A stretch of DNA of 42,779 nt from Candidatus Nanopelagicales bacterium. GTDB taxonomy: Bacteria > Actinomycetota > Actinomycetes > S36-B12 > UBA10799. A program made the translations under genes and the position numbers. Shown here one piece after another: positions 1-7,997 of the stretch. The notes beneath the pieces were generated by a model. That model had not been told where the DNA came from. It searched no databases and saw only the letters and a program-made list of their open reading frames with translations. The stretch lies in contig JAOAUD010000148.1 of the NCBI GenBank assembly GCA_030157755.1, positions 1 through 42,779 of the forward strand, given 5' to 3'. Every line of letters starts with the position of its first letter. The stretch's first letter is position 1.

Positions 1-184
1 CCGTGCCGCGGACCATCTGATCGGCCTTGCGGGGATCAACACCCACTCGCATGGCGACCTCAACCGTTGCGTCGAACTTCGACGGGTTGGTGTCCTTGAC
101 CAGCGTCATCGCCTCGGCGGGCGCGTACAGGTGGTCGGCTTCAATTTTGGCCTCGGCGGCCTTGTATCCCTTGCTGCGCTTCAT
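1..184 (-). CDS. rplA: 50S ribosomal protein L1, N-terminal part only (the gene runs off the left edge)
   Basis: The reverse complement from the ATG at 182-184 reads [62 protein letters not shown], a typical L1 N-terminus. It lies downstream of rplK as in the conserved rplKA operon, with a GAAGGGAAG Shine-Dalgarno about 6 nt upstream. Confidence 0.9.
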   Translation of the reverse strand, partial: MKRSKGYKAAEAKIEADHLYAPAEAMTLVKDTNPSKFDATVEVAMRVGVDPRKADQMVRGT

Positions 185-403
185 CGCGCTTCCCTTCTCT
201 CGCCCCATCGCCACGTTGGCGTGAGGTTGTGGTGCGGACCGGGAAGGTCCTCCCACGTGGAATCAATCCGAGCCAACTTGGCCCGACTGACTTACTTGAC
301 CGATTGACTTATTTAACGGTACTTGGTTGTCAAACAAGCCTGCGCTCGCTACACCTCGCTGCCTTCACAACGTTCAGGCGACGCTCGGCTTCGCTCACTT
401 GGC

Positions 404-829
404 TTATTTGACGGTAATCCCCATCGAGCGGGCAGTGCCCTCGATGATCTTCATCGCCGCGTCGACGTCATTCGCATTCAGGTCGACCATCTTGCCTTCG
501 GCGATCTCCTTGACCTGCGCCTTGGTGATCGAAGCAACCGGCTTAAGCGGGTTACCCGAGCCCTTCGGCACTCCGGCAGCCTTCAAGATGAGCTTGGCCG
601 CAGGTGGGGTCTTGGTGATGAATGTGAACGAACGGTCTTCGTACACAGTGATTTCAACTGGGATGACCTGCCCACGCTGACCTTCGGTAGCGGCGTTGTA
701 CGCCTTGCAGAACTCCATGATGTTCACGCCGTGCTGACCCAACGCGGGTCCAACGGGCGGCGCTGGGTTGGCCTGGCCTGCTTGGATTTGCAGCTTGATA
801 AGGCCAGCGACCTTCTTCTTCGGTGCCAT
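404..829 (-). CDS. rplK: 50S ribosomal protein L11
   Basis: 141-aa ORF starting [45 protein letters not shown], the hallmark L11 N-terminal domain. It sits between nusG and rplA. Confidence 0.97.
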   Translation of the reverse strand: MAPKKKVAGLIKLQIQAGQANPAPPVGPALGQHGVNIMEFCKAYNAATEGQRGQVIPVEITVYEDRSFTFITKTPPAAKLILKAAGVPKGSGNPLKPVASITKAQVKEIAEGKMVDLNANDVDAAMKIIEGTARSMGITVK

Positions 830-895
830 TTCGTGCCTGTCCTCTTCTTGCGCGGTATGCGCGATTGTTGCGTTGCGAGTGCGGTGCGCGACTCG

Positions 896-2227
896 CTAAT
901 TCTTTTGGATCTGGTTGAAGCCAAGTTCGACTGGAGTCTCTCGTCCGAAGATCTCCACCAGTCCGGTGATCTTCTGTGCGTCAACGTTGATCTCTGAAAT
1001 GGTCGCATGCAGGGTTGCAAACGGTCCATCGATCACCGTGACAGAGTCGCCAATGGAGACATCAATCTCAGCTGGCGCGGACTTCTCTTGCTCAACACCC
1101 TTGCCACCTGCGGCAACTGGTCCGGCGGGCTTCTCTGGCTCCGGTGCCAGAATCCGAACAACTTCGTCGAGCGTCAGCGGGATTGGATCGTGCGCTTGCC
1201 CGACGAATCCTGTGACGCCCGGAGTGTGCCGAACGGTTCCCCACGCGTCCACCGACTTATCAGTCAGATCCATGCGGACGAGGACGTAGCCAGGGAACTT
1301 GTTGCGCTTGACCGTCTTGCGCTGGCCCTGCTTGATCTCGACAACTTCTTCGATCGGAACCTCGACCTGGAAGATGTAGTCCTCCATGTCCAAGGTGCGC
1401 GCACGGCTCTCGATGTTCGCCTTCACCTTGTTTTCGTAACCTGCGTAAGAGTGGATCACGTACCAGTCACCAGGAGCATTACGAACGGCTTCGCGGAACT
1501 CCTCGACAACATCAACTTCCGCAGCTTCGGCTTCTTCAGCCTCTGCGACGATTTCATCAGCCTCCGCGACGACCGCAGCGGCATCCGCCTCACGCTCAGC
1601 CTCCTGGGCGACCTGGTCGGCTGCAACTTGGTCGGTAATCGCGTCAGCAACGATTTCTTCTGCTACTGCCTCAGCGACGGCTTCCTCAGCGACCGCTTCT
1701 TCGACAATTTCCTCGGCCACTGCGAAGGCGACAGCTTCTTCGACGATTGCCTCTTCAATGATCTCGGCCGCAACTTCCTCGGCGATCAACTCTTCGGCGA
1801 CGGCCTCAGCAACGAACTCTTCAACGATGGCCTCATCAACGCCCGCTTCAAGCGCTTCGGCAGCGACTTCTTCAGCGATGGCCTCGTTGATGACTGCCTC
1901 AATGACGATCTCTTCAGCGACGGCCTCAGCGATCGCCTCTCGGGCAACCGCTTCCTCAACGATTTCTTCGGCGACCGCGATTGCAACGGCTTCTTCGGCG
2001 ACAGCATCCTCGACGATTTCTTCGGCCAGCTCTTCGGCGAATTCTTCATCGGCGGCCGCAGCAACTGCCGCAACCTCGGCTTCAAGCTCAACTTCAGCTG
2101 CTGCTTGCGCGAGCTCGGCGTCGGAGACACCCTCAAGCACGGACGCAGTCAGCGCGTCGGCAGCATCTTCGATCGCAGCGTCTGCATCAGCAGCCAGCTC
2201 GTCGTCGTTTGGCAGATTATCGGACAC
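896..2227 (-). CDS. nusG: Transcription termination/antitermination factor NusG with a roughly 250-aa acidic Ala/Glu/Val-rich N-terminal repeat extension
   Basis: The C-terminal ~190 aa ([21 protein letters not shown]...[11 protein letters not shown]...[43 protein letters not shown]) form the NGN plus KOW core of NusG. The position secE-nusG-rplK is canonical. Confidence 0.93.
   Translation of the reverse strand: MSDNLPNDDELAADADAAIEDAADALTASVLEGVSDAELAQAAAEVELEAEVAAVAAAADEEFAEELAEEIVEDAVAEEAVAIAVAEEIVEEAVAREAIAEAVAEEIVIEAVINEAIAEEVAAEALEAGVDEAIVEEFVAEAVAEELIAEEVAAEIIEEAIVEEAVAFAVAEEIVEEAVAEEAVAEAVAEEIVADAITDQVAADQVAQEAEREADAAAVVAEADEIVAEAEEAEAAEVDVVEEFREAVRNAPGDWYVIHSYAGYENKVKANIESRARTLDMEDYIFQVEVPIEEVVEIKQGQRKTVKRNKFPGYVLVRMDLTDKSVDAWGTVRHTPGVTGFVGQAHDPIPLTLDEVVRILAPEPEKPAGPVAAGGKGVEQEKSAPAEIDVSIGDSVTVIDGPFATLHATISEINVDAQKITGLVEIFGRETPVELGFNQIQKN
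1477..2227 (-). repeat. Imperfect in-frame tandem repeats encoding the acidic NusG N-terminal extension ([12 protein letters not shown]-like units)
   Basis: Protein residues 1-250 are almost entirely A/E/V/I/D. A ~29-aa block AVA(I/F)[12 protein letters not shown](R/E)EA(I/V)AEAVAEEIV occurs twice, about 85 aa apart (DNA about 1649-1735 and 1904-1990). The repeat also creates a long spurious ORF on the opposite strand (1007-2386). Confidence 0.85.
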
Positions 2228-2286
2228 TTCAGCCCTCGCTCGTCAGTTTCTTGTTCATGGTGCAGATCGGAGTATTCGTTCGTCGT

Positions 2287-2655
2287 CTATCCGAAGACGA
2301 ACAGCACTCCCTTGGTAAATATGAAGTCCAGCACCCCGATGTATGCGCCCATGATCAGGACAAAAATGAGCACGATCCAGGTGTAGCTCAGCAGCTCCTT
2401 GCGAGTAGGCCAAATGACCTTGCGCAGTTCTGCAACGACTTGCCGGAAGAAGAGCGCCATCCGCTTAAAGACACCCTTGTATGTGCCGTCAGCCTTCTGT
2501 TGCTTCTTCAGTTCTTTCTTCGCGAGCTTGTCGGCCTTGTATTCGGCCTTCTGAGCTTCACGTTCAGCCTTGCGCTCGGCACGGGCAATCGCTCGCGGTG
2601 ACTCGGTCTGACTTTCGTCAGATTCGAGTTCCGGCGTTTTGTCGTCGTCGCTCAC
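2287..2655 (-). CDS. secE: Preprotein translocase subunit SecE
   Basis: The C-terminal KVIWPTRKELLSYTWIVLIFVLIMGAYIGVLDFIF is the conserved SecE transmembrane helix, preceded by a Lys/Glu-rich N-terminus as in actinobacterial SecE. I chose the GTG at 2653-2655 (GGAGG 5 nt upstream) as the start, because the longer track ORF would overlap tRNA-Trp. Confidence 0.85.
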   Translation of the reverse strand: MSDDDKTPELESDESQTESPRAIARAERKAEREAQKAEYKADKLAKKELKKQQKADGTYKGVFKRMALFFRQVVAELRKVIWPTRKELLSYTWIVLIFVLIMGAYIGVLDFIFTKGVLFVFG

Positions 2656-2721
2656 GCTTACCTCCGCTCGCAATTCGCTTCTAGCATCGTCGTCGTACAG
2701 CAGCCATAGGTAACTGCTTTG

Positions 2722-2794
2722 CAGGGCAGGAGGGACTCGAACCCCCAACCACCGGTTTTGGAGACCGGGACTCTACCAATTGAGCTACTGCCCT
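2722..2794 (-). tRNA. tRNA-Trp (anticodon CCA)
   Basis: The reverse complement AGGGCAGTAGCTCAATTGGTAGAGTCCCGGTCTCCAAAACCGGTGGTTGGGGGTTCGAGTCCCTCCTGCCCTG folds as a cloverleaf: acceptor AGGGCAG/CTGCCCT, anticodon loop CTCCAAA, T-loop GGTTCGAGTCC. tRNA-Trp upstream of secE is a conserved arrangement. Confidence 0.9.
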
Positions 2795-3061
2795 AGGCCC
2801 GTGAAATGGTGCAAACCGGCACGGCTTCGCCGGCGAAATCAGCTTGTGCTGACCCGCCAGTGATGCTGTTGAGGACACCGGGTGAACTTTCGTACCCGAG
2901 ACCGCTGCTGGCCTACGCCCAGGTGACACGCCACCAAGGAGCCGCCAGTCTACGCCAGGAGCCCTTGACATGCCCCTCACCGGGTCAATCTCTGGCCGTT
3001 CTGCTGCCAATTGGTTGGAATCGACCTTCCACAACTCAGCAAGGTAGGTAAGGATTAGCAC

Positions 3062-4267
3062 ATGAGCCTTCCGCGGATCTCCGCTCGCATTGGATCAATT
3101 ACCGAATCTGCCACTCTGGCGGTGGATGCCAAGGCCAAGGCGCTCAAGGCCGCCGGGCGACCCGTCATCGGGTTTGGCGCTGGTGAGCCCGACTTCCCGA
3201 CGCCTGACTACATCGTCGAAGCTGCTGCGGCGGCCTGCTACGAACCCAAGTGGCACCGCTACACACCCGCCGGCGGAATCCCTGCCCTGAAAGAGGCGAT
3301 CGCAGCCAAGACGCTGCGCGATTCGGGCTACGAGGTTGCAGCGGGCCAGGTCCTCGTCACCAACGGCGGCAAGCAAGCGCTTTACAACACATTCGCCACC
3401 TTGCTCGATCCGGGCGATGAAGCCATTCTTCCGGCGCCCTACTGGACCACCTACCCGGAATCCATCCGTCTCGCTGGCGGAGTCCCAGTCATCGTCGACA
3501 CGGATGAATCAACGGGTTACCTGGCCAGCATCGAGCAGCTCGAAGCCGCACGGACCCCGAAGACGAAGTTGCTGGTCTTCGTTTCGCCGTCCAACCCGAC
3601 CGGCGCGGTGTATCCGCCGGAACAGGTCAAGGCCATCGGTGAATGGGCTCTCGAGCACGGAATCTGGGTCGTTACCGACGAGATCTACGAACACCTGGTC
3701 TACGGCGATGCCGAGTTCAGCTCGATCGTCACCCAAGTTCCTGAGCTCGCCGACACCTGTGTCGTCGTCAACGGGGTCGCCAAGACCTACGCCATGACCG
3801 GTTGGCGTGTGGGCTGGATGATCGGACCTGCCGACGTCGTGAAAGCCGCAACGAACCTGCAATCGCATGCCACCTCGAACGTCGCGAACGTGTCGCAGGT
3901 TGCCGCCCTCGCGGCGGTGAGCGGTGACTTGTCCGCTGTTGACCAGATGCGGACGGCGTTTGACCGCAGGCGCCTGACCATCGTCGAGATGCTCAACTCG
4001 ATTCCCGGCGTGAGCTGCCCCGAACCGCAGGGCGCGTTCTACGCGTATCCAAGCGTTAAGGGGCTGTTCGGAAAGTCGATCAAGGGCACGGTGATTAACA
4101 GTTCCGCAGATCTCGCTGGGGTCATCCTGGACGAGGTCGAGGTTGCCGTGGTTCCAGGCGAAGCGTTCGGCACCAATGGCTACCTGCGGCTGTCGTACGC
4201 GCTGAGCGACGCCGACCTGGTGGAGGGCGTGGACCGCATCAAGGGGCTCCTCGAGACGGCTGATTAG
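3062..4267 (+). CDS. aspC: Class I pyridoxal-phosphate-dependent aminotransferase (aspartate aminotransferase type)
   Basis: 401-aa ORF with [20 protein letters not shown], the PLP-lysine context [16 protein letters not shown] and C-terminal LRLSYA. There is an AAGGA Shine-Dalgarno upstream of the ATG. Confidence 0.9.
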   Translation: MSLPRISARIGSITESATLAVDAKAKALKAAGRPVIGFGAGEPDFPTPDYIVEAAAAACYEPKWHRYTPAGGIPALKEAIAAKTLRDSGYEVAAGQVLVTNGGKQALYNTFATLLDPGDEAILPAPYWTTYPESIRLAGGVPVIVDTDESTGYLASIEQLEAARTPKTKLLVFVSPSNPTGAVYPPEQVKAIGEWALEHGIWVVTDEIYEHLVYGDAEFSSIVTQVPELADTCVVVNGVAKTYAMTGWRVGWMIGPADVVKAATNLQSHATSNVANVSQVAALAAVSGDLSAVDQMRTAFDRRRLTIVEMLNSIPGVSCPEPQGAFYAYPSVKGLFGKSIKGTVINSSADLAGVILDEVEVAVVPGEAFGTNGYLRLSYALSDADLVEGVDRIKGLLETAD

Positions 4268-4316
4268 CTCCTGCGATCAACGTCGGCGCTTCGTCGACCG
4301 CCATTTGCATCCGGCG

Positions 4317-5387
4317 TTAGATGCTGCACCCGATGAGGCTTGGTTCGGGATGCAGACTGATGCCGAATCTGGCTTCCACCCCGTCGCGCACGCTTCGCGC
4401 GACTGCAACTACGTCATCAGCCGACGCTTGCCCACGGTTGGTGATCGCCAACGTGTGTTTGTGGGACAGTGACGCCGGTGCATCCGGTCTGATCGACCAT
4501 CCGCGGCTGAAGCCCGCTTGTTCGATCAGCCAGGCCGCACTGAGCTTGACCTGACCGTCATCGGTCGGCCAACGGGGAGCGTCGCCGGGGAGAGACGCCG
4601 CGACGTCCGGGGCAACGATTGGGTTGGTGAAGAACGAGCCGGCGCTCCACGAATCATGGTCATCAATGTCCAAGACCATGCCCTTGTGGCGCCGGACGTT
4701 GAGCACGGCTCGACGAACCTGAATCGGCTTCGTTGAGTCGCCCGGCGCAATACCAAGGTTCTTTGCAAGTTCGGCATATCGAATCGGAACAGAGTCCGCG
4801 CGCTGCGCCAGTCGGAACGTGACGGCCAAGATCAACCAGCGAGTGGGGTCCTTCTTGAAGATGCTTGACCGGTAGCCGAAACCGCAGTCTGCGGCGGCAA
4901 GGAGCTTCGCCTCGCGCGTGTGCCGATCGAAGACCTCTACTGATTCGATGACCTCGGCAACCTCGTTGCCGTATGCACCAACGTTCTGCACGGGCGTCGC
5001 CCCGACAGAACCTGGGATTCCCGAGAGGGTTTCAATTCCGGAGTAGCCGTCAGAAACCATCTGTGCGACGAAGTGGTCCCAGTTCTCACCCGCGGCTACG
5101 CGCGCCAAGACTTGCACGCCGTCCGGCGCGTCTGCGGGTTCCAGGTCGACCCCGCGGGTCGCCACGTGAACCGTCAGACCTGGGAATCCTTCATCTCCAA
5201 TTACCAAGTTGCTTCCACCGGCGATCAACAGCACGGGGGATCCGCGATCATCTGCACCCGCCACGGCTGAGATGAATTCGGCATCAGTCGTGACCTCTTG
5301 AAAGGTCCTCGCAGGACCTCCGACTCGGAGCGTCGTGTACGGCGCTAACCGGACATTCGAGGCGAGCTCCGAGGATGTTTCAGGCAC
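4317..5387 (-). CDS. murB: UDP-N-acetylenolpyruvoylglucosamine reductase
   Basis: 356-aa ORF with the LAPYTTLRVGGPA N-terminus, the FAD-binding segment IAGGSNLV, and a C-terminal MurB domain (SAGSFFTNP...AAWLIEQAGF). Confidence 0.93.
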   Translation of the reverse strand: MPETSSELASNVRLAPYTTLRVGGPARTFQEVTTDAEFISAVAGADDRGSPVLLIAGGSNLVIGDEGFPGLTVHVATRGVDLEPADAPDGVQVLARVAAGENWDHFVAQMVSDGYSGIETLSGIPGSVGATPVQNVGAYGNEVAEVIESVEVFDRHTREAKLLAAADCGFGYRSSIFKKDPTRWLILAVTFRLAQRADSVPIRYAELAKNLGIAPGDSTKPIQVRRAVLNVRRHKGMVLDIDDHDSWSAGSFFTNPIVAPDVAASLPGDAPRWPTDDGQVKLSAAWLIEQAGFSRGWSIRPDAPASLSHKHTLAITNRGQASADDVVAVARSVRDGVEARFGISLHPEPSLIGCSI

Positions 5388-5398
5388 CTAGGCAGACT

Positions 5399-5436
5399 AA
5401 CGGCCACCCCGGCATTCTCATGCGAGGGTGGCCGTT
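5399..5436 (-). terminator. Stem-loop between the dehydratase operon and murB (candidate intrinsic terminator without a U-tract)
   Basis: Perfect 11-bp inverted repeat AACGGCCACCC (5399-5409) / GGGTGGCCGTT (5426-5436), with an inner GCAT/ATGC pairing. It lies 15 nt downstream of the stop of the 5451-5891 gene. Confidence 0.55.
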
Positions 5437-5450
5437 AGTTGTGACTGTGG

Positions 5451-5891
5451 TTAGTCGCCCAAGCGGACGATTCCGCGAGCCTTGCCCAAGACATCAACAC
5501 CGTTTGCGGTTGCGTTGAGGTCCACGACGATTGTTCCGTCGTCGCGCTTCTCGCTGATGGTCCCGGTGACTTCGACAGCCGTTCCGATGTCGTCGTCGGG
5601 CACGGGAACAGGCTTGGTGAAGCGAACGCCGTAGTCGATAACGCGGGAAGGATCACCCACGAAGTCGGTCAGTACCCGGGCTGCCTGCGCCATCGTGAAC
5701 ATCCCGTGCGCAATCACGTTCGGGAGTCCGACTGCGGTCGCGATGCGCTCATTCCAGTGAATGACGTTGAAATCACCAGACGCCCCGCAATACATGACGA
5801 GGTTGATGCGTTGAATGGGGAACGTCGCCGGGCCGATCTTGTCGCCAACGTTCACCGAGTCGAAGCTTGGAACTGAAACTGCTGCAGCCAT
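5451..5891 (-). CDS. MaoC-like (R)-specific enoyl hydratase/dehydratase, catalytic subunit (HadB-like)
   Basis: 146 aa. The hydratase-2 motif GASGDFNVIHWNERIA is present (SGDxNxxH type), and the fold is hotdog size. It pairs with the upstream non-catalytic hotdog gene, as in the actinobacterial hadA/hadB arrangement near rpmG-secE. Confidence 0.85.
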   Translation of the reverse strand: MAAAVSVPSFDSVNVGDKIGPATFPIQRINLVMYCGASGDFNVIHWNERIATAVGLPNVIAHGMFTMAQAARVLTDFVGDPSRVIDYGVRFTKPVPVPDDDIGTAVEVTGTISEKRDDGTIVVDLNATANGVDVLGKARGIVRLGD

Positions 5892-5894
5892 CGA

Positions 5895-6353
5895 TCAGCC
5901 CTCCTGCGGTGCGGTGCCGCGCGAAACGGTCACGTTCTTTGTGGTCACGATCAGTTCACCGTCGAGCGTCTTGACGTGCTGTTCCATCGTCAACAACTCG
6001 TTGCGACCGATCACAGAGATGTCAGCTACGACCGAATCCACCACAACCTCGTCACCGGCATATAGCGGACGCGAGTAGGTGAATTTCTGTTCACCATGAA
6101 CCACCATCGCGTAGTTGAGGTTCAGCTCGGGATCCCCCATCGCGCCGATCATGGCCCGGTAAGTGATCACAAACGGAAACGTCGGAGGGGCAATCAGGTC
6201 GCGGTGTCCGGCGGCCTGAGCGGCTTCAACATTGTGGTAGAGCGGGTTCTGATCACCGATCGCCGTGGCGAATTCGCGAACCTTCTCGCGACCCACCTGA
6301 TAGGGAGTTTCAAACTCGTAAGTGCGACCGATGAAGTCGCGATTGATCGCCAT
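5895..6353 (-). CDS. MaoC/FAS1-like dehydratase N-terminal-type hotdog protein (HadA-like non-catalytic partner)
   Basis: 152 aa starting MAINRDFIGRTYEFETPYQVGREKVREFATAIGD, typical of the substrate-binding subunit of heterodimeric (3R)-hydroxyacyl dehydratases. It lacks the hydratase motif and lies 3 nt upstream of the catalytic partner. Confidence 0.8.
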   Translation of the reverse strand: MAINRDFIGRTYEFETPYQVGREKVREFATAIGDQNPLYHNVEAAQAAGHRDLIAPPTFPFVITYRAMIGAMGDPELNLNYAMVVHGEQKFTYSRPLYAGDEVVVDSVVADISVIGRNELLTMEQHVKTLDGELIVTTKNVTVSRGTAPQEG

Positions 6354-6356
6354 GAA

Positions 6357-7166
6357 CTACATACCTCCGAGTTGTCCGCCAGTGACGGGAATCGTCACGC
6401 CGGAGACAAAGTCCGAATCCGACGACACCAAGAATGCCGTGACATTGGCGATGTCCTCAGGTTGACCGAGCCGTCCGAGTGAAATCATCATCTTGGCCAT
6501 CTGCCGCATTTCCTCGGGAATCCCAAGATCCTTGCCCGGCTCCTTCGCGGCCGTCAGGCGCGTCTCGACGAAGCCTGGAGCAACCGCATTGACGTTGATT
6601 CCGAATGCTCCTAGTTCGCGAGCAAGCGTCTTGGTCGTCGCGATGACCGCACCCTTGGCGGCGGTGTAGTTGTACTGGCCAGGGTTGCCCATAAGCGCAG
6701 CGACACTTGAGGTGAAGACAATCTTTCGGTTGTACGCAACCTTGCCGTTCTCGGCGATCTCCTTCTTGGCGACCTCACGCAGGTATGGCATCGCGGCGAG
6801 TGTCGTGTGGAAACCGGTCTTCAAGTTGGCGTCAAAGACGAAGTCGAACTGGGCATCGTCGAGGCCGTGGAACATCTTGTCGCGGGTCACACCTGCGTTG
6901 TTGACGATGATGTCGATCTTGCCGTAGGCATCAACGGCAGCCTGAACGAGTCGCTCCGCCTGAGCCATCTCGACTGTATTGGCAACACACGCGATCGCCT
7001 TGCCACCAGCGGCCTCAATGAGCGCGACCGTCTCGTTGGCGGGAGCATCGTCGATGTCATTCACCACAACTGACGCCCCGTCAGCAGCAAGCCTCAACGA
7101 CGTTGCTTGGCCAATCCCGCGACCGCCGCCGGTAACGATTGCCACTCGATCATCTAGCCGACCCAT
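6357..7166 (-). CDS. Short-chain dehydrogenase/reductase, 3-oxoacyl-(ACP/CoA) reductase-like (FabG family)
   Basis: VAIVTGGGRGIGQA cofactor motif, NNAG, and catalytic S...YxxxK (YNYTAAKGAV). I chose the ATG at 7164-7166 (GGAAGAGGGAG upstream) rather than the TTG at 7187. Confidence 0.88.
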   Translation of the reverse strand: MGRLDDRVAIVTGGGRGIGQATSLRLAADGASVVVNDIDDAPANETVALIEAAGGKAIACVANTVEMAQAERLVQAAVDAYGKIDIIVNNAGVTRDKMFHGLDDAQFDFVFDANLKTGFHTTLAAMPYLREVAKKEIAENGKVAYNRKIVFTSSVAALMGNPGQYNYTAAKGAVIATTKTLARELGAFGINVNAVAPGFVETRLTAAKEPGKDLGIPEEMRQMAKMMISLGRLGQPEDIANVTAFLVSSDSDFVSGVTIPVTGGQLGGM

Positions 7167-7354
7167 ACTCGATACTCCCTCTTCCAAGTTGACCTGCTCG
7201 CAATTTGAGTTGTTCGCTCAACGACCGCGAACGGTGTTCGGTGCAGGTTGCCGAGAGCGAACGATTGCGAAGGTGCGCACTGATGTGAGACGCACCTACG
7301 TGCCGCCGACAAGCCCATCGCCAAGACGCTACCCAATGGGCCACAACGCAGTTT

Positions 7355-7388
7355 GCCCGCCCCATTAACGAGCGTTAATGGGGCGGGT
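7355..7388 (-). terminator. Strong GC-rich hairpin about 80 nt downstream of rpmG (candidate terminator)
   Basis: GCCCGCCCCATTAACG (7355-7370) pairs with CGTTAATGGGGCGGG(T) (7373-7388), giving a stem of about 14-15 bp. There is no clear U-tract. Confidence 0.5.
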
Positions 7389-7466
7389 CTGGGTACAGCG
7401 TGTTGACGAGTGCGAGCAGCACGGAACGGCTGCGGCAATACCTCGCGAGGTAAGGCTGGAGAACCC

Positions 7467-7634
7467 TTAGCGGGTTTCTTTGTGCGCGGTGTGCTTACCG
7501 CACCTCGGGCAGAACTTGTTCAGCTCGATGCGATCTGGGTCGTTGCGGCGGTTCTTCTTGGTGATGTAGTTGCGTTCTTTGCAGTCAGCGCATGCAAGCG
7601 TGATCTTGGGTCGAACGTCGGACGCCTTGGCCAC
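7467..7634 (-). CDS. rpmG: 50S ribosomal protein L33 (zinc-ribbon type)
   Basis: (V)[54 protein letters not shown], 55 aa with CxxC...CxxC. I chose the GTG start at 7632-7634; the longer track ORF has an implausible N-terminus. Confidence 0.92.
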   Translation of the reverse strand: MAKASDVRPKITLACADCKERNYITKKNRRNDPDRIELNKFCPRCGKHTAHKETR

Positions 7635-7673
7635 GGCGGTGCCTTTCGTAGTGTGTTGCGTATTTCGGTTGAG

Positions 7674-7747
7674 TAGCGAGGGCCGGACTTGAACCGGCGA
7701 CACAGCGATTATGAGCCGCTTGCTCTACCAGGCTGAGCTACCCCGCC
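7674..7747 (-). tRNA. tRNA-Met (anticodon CAT)
   Basis: The reverse complement GGCGGGGTAGCTCAGCCTGGTAGAGCAAGCGGCTCATAATCGCTGTGTCGCCGGTTCAAGTCCGGCCCTCGCTA folds as a cloverleaf, with anticodon loop CTCATAA and T-arm GCCGG/CCGGC. I cannot tell from sequence alone whether it is elongator Met or a lysidine-modified Ile tRNA. The thrT-metT-rpmG order matches other actinobacteria. Confidence 0.85.
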
Positions 7748-7772
7748 AAGCTATGAGGCTTTCGCCTCATCG

Positions 7773-7845
7773 AGCCCCTTTACGGAATCGAACCGTAGAC
7801 CTTCTCCTTACCATGGAGACGCTCTACCGACTGAGCTAAAGGGGC
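7773..7845 (-). tRNA. tRNA-Thr (anticodon GGT)
   Basis: The reverse complement GCCCCTTTAGCTCAGTCGGTAGAGCGTCTCCATGGTAAGGAGAAGGTCTACGGTTCGATTCCGTAAAGGGGCT has acceptor GCCCCTT/AAGGGGC and anticodon stem-loop TCTCC-ATGGTAA-GGAGA. Confidence 0.88.
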
Positions 7846-7950
7846 AGGTTTTCACGCTTTCCAAGCGCGACTGTCAAGGGTACAGGGGTCCCGATGTTAC
7901 GCGCACCCCGGATCCACCTGAAACACATCGCGGCCCGAAATGCCCAGATA

Positions 7951-7975
7951 GCTGACCACCGGAAAGGTGGCCAGC
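7951..7975 (-). terminator. Hairpin 23 nt downstream of the secreted-protein gene (candidate terminator)
   Basis: GCTGACCACC-GGAAA-GGTGGCCAGC, with 9 of 10 stem positions pairing. Confidence 0.45.
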
Positions 7976-7997
7976 CATCTGGGGGTGTCGGGGACAA

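Noticed and set aside
364-370. TTCACAA, a Rex operator half-site, in the rplK-rplA spacer.
   Set aside because: There is no matching TTGTGAA half 4 nt upstream, so this is a single chance heptamer.
1007-2386. 459-aa ORF on the plus strand, opposite nusG. Other ORFs overlap nusG on both strands (1758-2318 and 1981-2601 on the plus strand, 1786-2136 on the minus strand).
   Set aside because: These are shadow ORFs produced by the low-complexity GC-rich repeat that encodes the NusG acidic extension. Their products are Ser/Leu/Phe/Asp- or Ser/Ala/Arg-rich low-complexity strings, and they fully overlap a well-supported gene.
2656-2748. N-terminal extension of the secE ORF (MGVRVPPALQSSYLW...).
   Set aside because: It would overlap tRNA-Trp on the same strand. 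A GTG with a GGAGG Shine-Dalgarno at 2653-2655 gives a normal-length SecE.
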